A DNA stretch of 63,875 nt, counting the filler, from Nemertoderma westbladi (taxonomy: Eukaryota > Animalia > Xenacoelomorpha): assembly GCA_032718475.1 (NCBI GenBank). It is 3 parts of 3 records of this genome, joined end to end, with 100 filler letters (N's around TTAATTAATTAA, not from the genome) between each part and the next. Parts side by side here need not be neighbours in the genome. Positions count along the whole stretch, not along the records: positions 22,777 to 42,221 come from JAUCBJ010007357.1; positions 42,322 to 63,875 come from JAUCBJ010006068.1; 1 more part is not named here. One strand, given 5' to 3'. Made by a program: the position numbers and the translations under genes. The notes under the pieces were generated by a model, which was not told the origin of the DNA, did no database searches, and saw nothing but the letters and a program-made list of their open reading frames with translations. Of this stretch, positions 36,006 through 47,200 are shown one piece after another; the stretch's first letter is position 1, and each line of letters starts with the position of its first letter.

Positions 36006-38426
36006 TATAGGTAATTTACTATATTATACATTTACTATAATTCACACATATTACTGTTATACAGAGGAGTAGAGTACGTTCCAAGAAGGTTTGTATACCA
36101 TGCTTTGTAACATTTAACAAGGTTGAATTACTTAAATAAATGATTTAAGTAAATATTATTTATGTGTATTTTCTATTTTTGTATTGTATACCACTAATAA
36201 CATGGCCGGTAGTAATCATGCATTAAGTTGGTGTTCATAATTAATAACTTGTCGTACACAACTATAATTTATAGTTTTTGGTACCATCTGAATGTCAAAA
36301 TTGTGATGGTTTTTAATAGGACGATGTATACTTTGGGAATGGGGCATCTGAGGAAATACAAAAAAGTTGTGAATGCAGGATTATTGATGTAAAAGTAAAT
36401 ATTAACAAATTGATTTATTATTGTCATTATTGTTGGTTTTGGTTCTTTGGTGAAAACATATTTCATAAGAATAGTTAAGTTATTTCTTACATTCAATAAA
36501 TGTTGAAGATGCACATAATATCATCGAGGTGTCTGATGCCAATAAAATCATCCGAAAATTCAGTTGAACAAAGCGCCATATAGTTCCAATGCTGCTAAGA
36601 GTTACAGTAAGACATACATAGGACGATAGGTAGAGAATGATAAATCCGGGGCAAAATAATTTACATTTATAATAAATTAACTTTTCATTTGATTAAATTT
36701 CCCTCTTAAAGAGCTTTGAATTAAAACTGACATTCTGAAAAATTTCAAATTCAAATTGACATTCTTTCCAATTGTCATTCTGAATGGATTTCTATGGCAC
36801 ATCATAATTAATTAAAAACGTATGCCAAAGTCTCAGGGATTTCGCATCCAGGTGATACCAAAAACTTTAACTAACTTTCTTTGTTTTACGACTTAGATAT
36901 TCAAAAAGGAAATAAAAAAGGATTTCATATGAAATGTTTATGCATAGACGACACACATTCATCATTACCATATAGTCAATTTATGATTACTGTACAAAAT
37001 TAGAAAAGAAGGCAGTCAGGCAGACGTTTGGCGCCGGGCTTAGGATATGGAGCCTGGAGAGGAACTAGTAATTTAGAACCTAGTCTAGGAACTAGTCTAA
37101 TAATTTAGTAGGATTGGTTTTCGATGGGCGTCATTGAATCATACTGACTTTATAATAATATTATATTTATTAAAATCTAATATAATATATAAATTATAAA
37201 AAATTGTAAAACTATTAAGTGATAATAAGTAACGTAATACAATATTATAAATTATGTTAAAAAATTGAATTTAAAATAGCATCACTTGAAAACAATCTAT
37301 ACATCCTGACTTTAGGTATTACAACCTTAAATATTATCAATAGTTACTTTGTTGTTAATGTTGCCATGCCAACACTATCTGAGATAGATAGGATCATGTG
37401 ATTTCTCGCTGCCAAAAACATACGCGGTACATCACATTGCACTATGAGATTGGTAATAGTGGAATGTGACACTTGCATAATGCGGAAGAGGCATTAAAGA
37501 ACCGGAATTTGAAAATTATAGGGTAAGGCGATGAAAATATCCTCATCTGGGGTAATACTGATACACTTAATATAAATATACACTTAAATAAATCCACTTA
37601 AAAAATTTCAAACAATTTAAAAATGATGTGGATAACAATGAAGTTAAAACGTGAAGAAATTATACAAAATTATTCTCGAAACAGCCGGGAAAGTGTCAAG
37701 GAGTTCTAATCATGACTTCACATGTCAACTGTGTGCGGTTTTCAGGATTCCTCCTCAGCAATGGATAGACACAGGGATCTAAGTGATGTTATTAAATACC
37801 TGTAGGTATTGCTACGATTAGAAAGCTTATAGCTGAGTGAGTCCAGTTGCATACTCACAATGATTTTATGATACAGAATTTGTTTTTTAAAATAATAATT
37901 TTTAAAATAATAACTTTTGTTTTAAGATTTATATTAAAGGTTTTGTTAAGATGTTAATATTGTTAAGATTTATGGGTTAAGATATAAGATTTATGGGTTA
38001 GAATATAAGTATTGGCAGTATTACAGCTGAATAGCAAATCTTGTTTCATTGTGTGAAAGAGATACATATTAAGTATGTATTACATATGTTGTTGGATATG
38101 AGCTTAATTGTGTCTTGTCTTAACAACTACGGAATTGGCTGCAGTGGAACCCAGCTGCACATAGCTGCACATAGTTTGGCATGCAGCTGATAAGAAAAGT
38201 GGTTTTAACAAAGTTGGAAAATATTTGAAAACTAGATAGCCACATTGTCTACTGCTATAATTGAATAGTTTAATTTCGTATATGGTATATCATATATGGC
38301 ATATATACATATCAATTAAATACAGTTCGTGGTGTAAATATTTGTCAAGAGTTTACTGCAATGGAGTTCCCATCGAGGCAGTTAATAACCCTCATCCCCT
38401 GATAATAAACAAGCATAACCAATTGT

Positions 38427-39346
38427 TTACATCCATTTAGGTGCCTTAACGAAGGCAACTGAACAACTCCCAGCCATTGAACAAGGCGATCCCACTAATT
38501 CAATTACAACCAACACCTGTCTACCAGATTTGCTTAGTTGTAACGCAGACTTCGGTATAAATAAGGTTAACTGGGGGCCGACTGCTGACCAATACCGACC
38601 TAATACTTTGCCATTGAGAATTGCAATGCCTTTATTCCACCCACTCATGTCTAAGAAGGTATCTTCCATGTCACTTTCATTAATAAAGAACTCATTACGG
38701 TATATGAAGGGAGTGTTGGTTTCCAAATCATAACCTCGATGAATAGATTTCTCAAAAACCCATTTTGAGATGTATTTCAGAAATCCCTGAGAAGCAATTA
38801 TTTGATTAATATGGTTTTTGAATACAAGTGGCTCAAACCCAAGTCGATATATGTCCCAATTCTCTAAAGGTTTCCCATTTAATTCTGCACTTCCTATTCC
38901 CTTTCCTTCGTTTAATGCTTTACCATAACAGATCCGCCCCATGTTCTCAACTAGGATGTCTAGTCTAGTTAAACCGGCGGGTACAGAGATGTTGACTGGT
39001 TTATTCCTGTAGGAGAAACCGAACGATTGTTTATCAATAATGATGTAGGCAATATCCCTGAGGTTGTTGATAGTTAAAGTTTGTTTTTTGTTTATATTTG
39101 TGATATTGGTTCGGTACAGTAGGAATCCATAGTTGAGGTTGAGTTCTTCGAATGATCGCAGGTGTGAATTTCTAGCAGCACGACTGTGAGGCCACAGTAT
39201 ATTCAACATGTCAGTCAGTGAGCCAATTGGCAACAACTTTATAATTCCATAAGAATTCTTTTTAGTTGGAGGAGGAACTGGGATTGGTAATGGTGTATAT
39301 TTGGCTACTTCATTGCGGATCGCATAATATTTGGGTGTTGGATCAC
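38427..39346 (-). CDS. GLB1: Beta-galactosidase (GH35), last exon
   Basis: CAG acceptor then (G)DPTPKY, LDILVENMGRICYG, DTFLDMSGWNKG, LGRYWSAVGPQLTLFIP. Phase matches the previous exon. Confidence 0.92.
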
Positions 39347-39522
39347 CTGTGCGAAGGTAATGACAATTAAACAGCTATCTTGTTTCTTTATAAAAAAAAA
39401 ACTATTGCTACTAACTTTCAACTTGACCAATTATTGCATTTTTCTCGCATAATATAATACCTCACCCCGCAAAATTAGAAAAATATTTTTTCATAGTATT
39501 CTTGGTATCCAATACTAATAAT

Positions 39523-39909
39523 ACACGAAGTGGGGACTTCGCGCAGCACGAAGTTGGCAGAGCCTTAGCGAATTGACACTGTTAGGGGGTAGGTCAATTT
39601 ATGCAAATAGTCACGTTGGCCCTCTAGCGGCAGACTGGAGAACTGCAGATGGATTCGCCTCCTTTGAAAGTCACAGCTAATGGTCTAATACATATCTGCC
39701 AAGTTTCAGCTTAAACGGATTAAAAGCAAAGAAATGGGAGGGCATTTAATGTTTAGACATGTGGCCCTCTAGCGGGAGACCATTGCACTGATGGCGTCTG
39801 AAAGTCTCTCAAAAATCTCAACTTTTGCTCATATTGATACCTACAAATTTTCAACTTTGCAGCTTTAAATCCGACAAAGTTATTAGCATGTCAAAATCGT
39901 AACGACGAC

Positions 39910-39951
<42 letters not shown>

Positions 39952-40050
39952 AACGACGACGACGACGACGACAACTATTTGCATAAATTGACCCACCCCC
40001 TAACAGTGTCAATTCGCTAAGGCTCCGCCAACTTCGTGGCTCGCCCCACA
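39523..40050. mobile_element. Intronic Helentron/HINE-like element with subterminal inverted repeats and (GAC)n microsatellite
   Basis: 39548-39611 mirrors 39974-40038. Central GCCCTCTAGCGG repeats and (ACG)n at 39902-39972. Confidence 0.7.
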
Positions 40051-40988
40051 ATATTGATATTGTGCATAAAATGTCACGCAAAGCACCCAAACTAGCCTTT
40101 CAAAACTAGCTATGGAATTGTTCAAGCCAACCTATAATCTTTCAAATTAAATATCCCATTTCGAGAGATGCATAGGTGTAAATATGGGTAGCACTTCACT
40201 ATTGTTTTTAAACGTCACATCTCAAACTCCATTAATAATAGAAACAAATACTTAATGCGTTAGCGGTTATAGACAATGACACCGTATTTCTAATTTCACC
40301 CTATAAATGCTATTTTCATTGGTCAGATAGCTAAGCGAGGGTTGGCCATTTGGAAACGATCAGAAAATCATAATAAAGTTCCAACAGCACCTCATATTTA
40401 ATTATACTGTTTCCATGGCAATATTATTGTAAACAAATTTAAAGATCAAATATTTTGATAGTGTGGGCTTTTATCAAATTTATTTACCTACCAAATGTTA
40501 AGATGAATTGGAGTTGAAATGATAAAGCAACTACAATAGATTTCGTTCAAAAATGGAAAACACGAGGAAGCACGTCACGGTGTGTTGAATGAACCCTTGC
40601 TATGCGAGTTTCGGTCTATTACACCTCCTGTGTAGCGCGTTAAGCAGTTCACAATGACTCCGTACAATTATATCGAACATTAATCAGTAGGTGCATATCC
40701 TACACTATATCTAACAGCTGACCTATCGGCTTGATGTATCCAACAACAAACTCATCGAACAAAATCATAATTAAAAATAATATTATTAACAGAAACCATT
40801 GTCGTTAAGATTGACTGGGAGCGTGCAAAATTGTAAATGTATACCCTGGTATGATGGAAACAACGAATTATAAATTCTAGACATTTCAACATATCAATAT
40901 CAACAAACCCCAATAAGGATTCCACTGGTAGAGAGCAGAAATCCGGCCTGCGTTAGGAGTTTCATTTGGTATTTGGCTATTAACCAAC

Positions 40989-41271
40989 CTGCTTCATTCA
41001 GTGGTGCATCATAATCATATGAGGTTGTAACAGGTTGGTAATCGGTTCCAGAGATGTCTGCACCATTGCTCAGTTCGAAGTTGGTGCCTCCATGGAACAT
41101 ATATATGTTTACAGAAGCATTAATTTGGAGCATAGCAGCGAGGTTTCGCACTGTGTCTGCAATAGAGACTCTGGAGTGACCTCCATTACCCCAGTAATCA
41201 AACCATCCTGTATAATACTCGCTATTCACTAAGGGTCCATTTGGTTCGACCTCCCGCATATTAGCAAAAGC
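40989..41271 (-). CDS. GLB1: Beta-galactosidase exon with catalytic nucleophile
   Basis: [45 protein letters not shown] boundaries, 283 bp. Confidence 0.95.
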
Positions 41272-41560
41272 CTGGAACATTATAAAGTTCAAATCTTTGT
41301 CACAAGATAAATTTCAAGATTATTGAATATAATATAAAGATTGGTCTGAGTTGGAATAATCAAAGGATTAAATTAAATATAAATTGACAATTCTAGGCCT
41401 GTTTCTAGGAATGTTAGTTAGTAATATACACATGAATAGGATCAACCTTCATTTACAAACATAGTACAATAAAATGGAAGGAAATTTGTATTTGGCACCA
41501 TGTAACGTTGGATTCCAGTGCCGCAGTTTTCTATACAATAAAAATATATAGGAAATTAAC

Positions 41561-41755
41561 CTTAGAGACATCATCAGAAGTTCCAAAATCGATAGTTGAG
41601 TAAAGTTCTGGTAAAGTTCCACATTTAATAAGATTTACCGAGAATCCATCAGTTGTAAATAATACAATATCTTCTCCCAAGTGTTTCCTTGTTAAAGTTG
41701 TCAAGTATTTAAGATAAACTTTGTCACAACCATAAGAGCCATATTCATTCTCAAC
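41561..41755 (-). CDS. GLB1: Beta-galactosidase exon with acid/base glutamate
   Basis: VENEYGSY..YL..L....LG...LFTTDG...CGTL...YSTIDFG. AG/GT boundaries, 195 bp. Confidence 0.93.
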
Positions 41756-42121
41756 CTTAGAAAAGTTTTTGATATTTTAAAGAGACTCAGAACAGTCCCT
41801 CAGTCGAGCCACACAGTGTCTCAGTCTGCATTGTACATACTATATACTACACTATATATTTACGGGTCCTGCTGACCACTGCTATCAAGAACTGAACTGC
41901 CTTTGTGAGAACTTGTTCGATTGCAGCCGATGAGAGGAAACATGGTGGTCATCCATTGACATTTCTGAAGTGACCGCCAAAAGACCCTGGAATGGGTTAT
42001 CATGCTGATAAACTGGGGATTTTCATGAGGCGGGGATGAGGTATAGGCAAGGCAGGCATGTATGGATGTAAATTTGTATGTATATATGACTATAATATAT
42101 TAATACTATTAATATACAAAC

Positions 42122-42221
42122 TTGAACCATAATAATAGGTCCTCCATTGTGGTATAGTAGGGGAGCGATCTTTGGTAGCAGAATGTTGAACCAGCTGGTA
42201 ACATACTCCAGATATACTGCA
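42122..42221 (-). CDS. GLB1: Beta-galactosidase exon, 5'-truncated by the assembly gap
   Basis: YLEYVTSWFNILLPKIAPLLYHNGGPIIMVQ followed by a GT donor. Confidence 0.9.
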
Positions 42222-42320
42222 NNNNNNNNNNNNNNNNNNNNNNNNNNNNNNNNNNNNNNNNNNNNTTAATTAATTAANNNNNNNNNNNNNNNNNNNNNNN
42301 NNNNNNNNNNNNNNNNNNNN
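42222..42320. other. Assembly gap with artificial TTAATTAATTAA linker
   Basis: N run with spacer. Confidence 0.97.
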
Positions 42321-42513
42321 NATAGTAGGCCATGGCACTACCCTTATAATCACTACATACTGTACTGTAGTTTTACTTGTACATACGGAACCTGCTATGT
42401 TTGTTTATCTGAAAAAAAAAAGATGGGCATGGCTGTAAACATTACGCGGCGCAGACAGCAGCTGCAACTCCATTGGACATCCGTTAAAAACAGTAAGGGA
42501 AAGGATCAGGTTA

Positions 42514-43883
42514 TGTTCGCGGTATTTCAACTTTTCTTAACGCGAGTTGAATATTTTTTGGATTTATTTACAATGATTATTCCGATATCACTACTGGGTG
42601 CGGGAACATGGGTTTTGGGCACACTCGATGGACTGGGGGCGATTTCTGGGCGGATATTGGGGCGACTTACGGGGTACGGGACTCATTTCATGTATTTAAG
42701 GGCCAGGGGTGGGAGGCAAAGTTAAGCAGTATTCAGGTTTGCCTAATTACTATTAGGCCTAGCCAACTTCCTGCTGCCTATAGAGGTGGATTTGGTAACT
42801 CGCTAGGTCTAAAGGACAAGGACTGCCCTTACCGGTCCCTGGCCAACAGCAGTTATTACGAGCCTGAAAAGGACATCGGAAAGTCTGCTGCTTGTGTCAG
42901 GGATTTGCGACGGGAACTGACGACAGACCCCTAGCCAAGCTGTACTGGTCCCTGACCGATCCCTTCGGGGTTCGGGAAGGGTGGGACGGACACGCGAATG
43001 GGTCGACTGACTAATGGGGGAAGGGTTCAACGAGGACTGCCTTCCTGAAGTGGGTTCCACGACCGGCGTTAGTACGAGCCTGAATAAGGACTCGGAAAAC
43101 CACCAACCGTTGGGGCTCACGACGGGCTGACAGACCCCCTTGCCAAGCCGTACTGGTTCCTGACCGATCCCTTCGGGGTTTGGGAAGGGTGGGACGGACA
43201 CGCAACGGGGTGTAAAGACAAAGGACTGGACTCTACTGGCCTACCGACTGTTCGGAGCAGCTTCTCGGCTGCCGAAGCGACTACGAGCCTGAATAAGGAC
43301 TCCCCTGCGATGAACCGACGGACCCCTATCCAAGCCGTACTGGTTCCTGGTTCCTGATGACCGATCCCTTCGGGGTTTGGGAAGGGTGGTACGGACACGC
43401 AAACAGGTCCACCGACATGACAGACCCCTAGCCAAGCCGTACTGGTTAGTGATGATCGATCCCTTCGGGGTTTGGGAAGGGTGGGACGGACACGCAACAG
43501 GGTCGACCGACACCGACACTACGGTACCGAGACTAGGACCGGGGGAAAATTGGGGAACATTAGTTAGGCTAAAATCTGATCGAACAGTGGGTAATTAAAT
43601 AATGTACCGTAGGGATTTATATTGTCGTGTTATATTATTGTGAATATTTGGTGTATATTGGTTTGGGGAAGCCCAACTTATTCTCAATCAAGATTCAACT
43701 GTAGGGAAGTTACATTAAAGAGTATATCCAACCAATGAAACTTTTCTCAACTGCAATCTTGCATTTAAGAACGTATTCCTTCTCCACTACCAATATCCGG
43801 TGACTGGCCGGGATTCCGTGGTCTGAAAAGTTCCGCCTCCAGCATCGGCGTTTTCCCCCATGGTGTCGGGAATAACGGCAACA
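42514..43883 (+). repeat. 5' LTR (1370 bp)
   Basis: Direct repeat of 53867-55250, differing by scattered substitutions, a 7-bp duplication and a 21-bp deletion. Confidence 0.97.
43654..43719 (+). promoter_or_regulatory. Putative LTR TATA-like box, transcription start near 43677, and poly(A) signal
   Basis: TATATT at 43654 and ATTAAA at 43714-43719. The TSS is inferred from spacing only. Confidence 0.45.
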
Positions 43884-43885
43884 AA

Positions 43886-43897
43886 ATTGAGAATAAG
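43886..43897 (+). promoter_or_regulatory. Primer-binding site position, complementary to LTR 43677-43688 (candidate self-priming site)
   Basis: ATTGAGAATAAG lies 2 nt after the LTR and is the exact reverse complement of CTTATTCTCAAT. It does not start with TGG. Confidence 0.7.
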
Positions 43898-44090
43898 ATG
43901 CGGCCAACTTCGACTGGTGGAAGTTGGGAATCCTACAATACTCTTCAAATTCTCTCCGTGCTTACCCAGCACCAACTACAAGGAAACTCTGGTATTTGAG
44001 TTAAGACAAAGCTGTGGTTTAATCAATCGACAAACTCGATCTAATAAACTCGTAGTCGGCAGATCACATATAGAGAGTCGTTAACAGGGA

Positions 44091-44282
44091 ATGGAAGTAT
44101 CGATCACACCCATTGATATAATCCAAGTTGAGCCAGGAATCTGGCACGTCGAAGTTGAAGTACAAGGAACGAACGTCGGACGATTCAGGATTACCGTTCG
44201 GGTAGTCCAAGCTGAGTACGAGACCTACGAAGAACTGTTTTACAACATCGCATATCTAGCTATCAACGAGGCGCTAGAATGA
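44091..44282 (+). CDS. 63-aa upstream ORF overlapping the gag start (ATGA)
   Basis: Stop TGA 44280-44282 overlaps gag ATG 44279-44281. The sequence has a protein-like beta-strand then helix pattern. Confidence 0.55.
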   Translation: MEVSITPIDIIQVEPGIWHVEVEVQGTNVGRFRITVRVVQAEYETYEELFYNIAYLAINEALE

Positions 44283-47200
44283 CGACGAACAACGTCTCCG
44301 ATACCGATGAGATGGACCACCACACAGACTCGGAAGCCGACGAGGTACCGAACGTAAAGAACATGACCCGTCGACTAGGCGCTCTCAAGGGCGGAGTCAC
44401 TCGAGCGTATCAACATATAGAGAAACAACTCAAGGGAGTCGAAACCCCCCTCAACGAGATACAAACTCAGCTACAGAATATCCGAAGTATCTTACAACAA
44501 TATGAGAGGATGATACAGGCGTATCAAGAACTCATCCCCGCCACCGATCAAGTAAACTACCCTAGACTAGAAGAACACGTTGTACATCTAGATGAGTTCC
44601 GCAAACAACACCGGAGGACCCTCAGCCTCGTGAGAGGTTACGAGGAGCAGTACTATAAGAGAGCTGAAAGAACAGACGCAGAATCAGTGCGAACCTCCAG
44701 CACCAGAACAGCAATTCATCGAAAGAGAACGGGGTCCTCGAGGCACCAGCACTCCAGCGCTAGGAGCGAGATGTCCGGTTCAGCACGCAGCTCTCAAGGG
44801 GGTCAGCCACTCCGAGATCAGCTACGAGAACAGAGGGCATTGGCCCTCAAAGCTCGGATGGAAGATGAATATGTTCAACTGCGAGTCGAGCAAGATGTAT
44901 TAGCAGCCGAAATGCAAAAACGAGAGGCCAAACAACAGGCCGAACAACGTAGACGAGAGGCCGAACAACAGGCCGAACAACGTAGACGAGAGGCCGAATG
45001 ACAGGCCGAACAACGTGAACGAGAAGCGGAACAGGAGGCTGAACAACGTAAACGAGAGGCCGAACAGGAGGCCGAACAACGTAAACTGGAGGCAGAAATG
45101 CGTAAACAACATGCCAAGGTCCAAGCGATTCTCATCCATAAAAAGAATGCGGATATTGCGAAACTCGCGGAATACGAAGCCGAACTCATAGAACGTGATC
45201 TTCAACTATATGAGGACTGGGAAAGGGGTATAGAACAGAACTATGAACCAATCCCAGTCCCGGAATTAGAGAAGTCATTTACACCACCGGCGGCGAAACC
45301 TCCGAAGCCCGAGTTCCCGCCAACCATACAGTCTACGTTATCGGCCCAAGCACCGGTATTCCATCCCCCACCGGTTACGCTTAAGAATGAGGAACCTTAT
45401 TTCCCAGCCAACCCCACGGTCCCGAGCGTTCCCAAGTACGAGCCTGAAAAGGACTCGGAACGGGACGCCACCCCTCGATCCAACAACCCGTTTACATCCA
45501 CACCACAAATCCGTAACCGCATCATCATTAAAACCCCACCTCTCATCGATCCATCGTGCATGGGAGAGAGTGCCAATAACTATAACCCTCCTAGTCATTC
45601 CAGTTCAGATGACGTCGGCATTATCCGGGCATTGGAAAACCGCCTGGCCATGTCCAAGATGGAGATCCGCACCTTCGAAGGAGACCCCGTCGATTACCTC
45701 AGATTCAAGAAACGGTTCTTCGCTCAGATTGGGTCAACGGATATAGCCGACGCACAAAAACTGGTATATTTATCCCAATACCTTGGCGACAAACCACGCC
45801 GAATCATTGCATATTTTGAGGGAGGAGCTCATGAAGCATATTATGATGCATGGAAAACTCTAGACAAAAGATACAGAAATACCGGGACTATAATTAATAA
45901 AACTCTCGAGAAACTGATACAGGATGCGGGATCCCTAGGGGACCCACAGAATATCCAGGAGTTCTCGGATTCCATGAAAGATGCATACTACACTCTAAAG
46001 CCATTAAATAAGGAGGAACAAGTAAACAACATTCTAAACCTCCGACAGATTGCCCGAAAGTTCCCCGGATGGCTACAAAGTAAGTGGGCGTATAAATGCG
46101 TAGATCTCCGACGCAGACACCCAGATCGAGATCCCAGTTTCCTCGAAATGTCGGCATTCCTGGATGATATCTCCGAAGCCATGAATGACTCGATGTTCTC
46201 CAAACAAAGTCTCACCAAGTTAGATGGAATAGAAAACAACTCCAGGAGCAGGACACCCACTCAGAAACCGAGATTCCGTCCCCCTCCGGTGAGTACGATG
46301 GCTATCACCATGGACGAGGATTCCGACGACGAGGACTACGAGGAACCGACATCACCCGAGGAATGGGCGTGTTATCTTGCGAATTGGGCACCCGAAAGGG
46401 AAGGCACCACAAACTCCCTTCTCTGTCTCTTCTGCGGAGAGAAACATAAGGTGGAATTCTGCAGAAAGTTCCAGTTTGCCAAACTCGTCCCACGCTTCGA
46501 GGCGATAATGAAACACCGAGGATGCTTCCGGTGTCTTGGAACAGGTCACTATGTTCGGGATTGCGACCAAAGATCGTGCTGCGCGGTCTGTAATGACCTA
46601 CGTCATCACACACTCCTCCACATCCCCGCGAACTTTGACTTTACCACCCTCCCCTTTCGGATCGAAGCCAAACGAAGAGGAGAAACGAACCACGTCTCTA
46701 AAGGAACCCGGACGATTCAATGGAGGGAAACCAACCCGTTTAAGACCTTCACTGATGTATCACAAGTGACAAATATCTCGGCCACGATCAACCTTATAAA
46801 TTGCCGTTACATGGTCTTCGCCAAAGTAATCCCAGTAAGAATTCAAGGGGTCGGGAAATCATTGACAACGCTCGCGTTCCTTGATAACGGGTCGGACGGA
46901 ACCATCATCGACCGGGATTTCCTCGAACAACTCGGCCTAGACTACAAACCTTGCAAACGGCCCATACAAACTATCACCGAGCATAGAGAAGTAGAGTCCG
47001 GGGAGGTGCAGCTCCAGATGGAAGGAGTCATGAAGGGCTACGAGACGGTTAAGCTGACGATCAAGAATGCCTTGGTACACACCGATCTCCGAGTGCGGTT
47101 CCGACAATCAGCTGAATACGCCCCTCTCATACAGTTAGACCGGGAAGATGTAGACCTAAGGTGTCCACCGTTGGACGTGAACCACATCACCCTATTGATC

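Noticed and set aside
42925-43005. HDV-like ribozyme (GCGAATGGGTC resembles J4/2-P2)
   Set aside because: No P1/P3/L3 nested pseudoknot could be built.
43861-43878. TGGTGTCGGGAATAA as a tRNA-Leu-like PBS
   Set aside because: It lies inside the LTR and is repeated in the 3' LTR, so it is not at the PBS position.
42423-43975. Many short ORFs on both strands of the LTRs (also 53961-55329)
   Set aside because: By-products of GC-rich repeated hairpins, with frames differing between the two LTRs.
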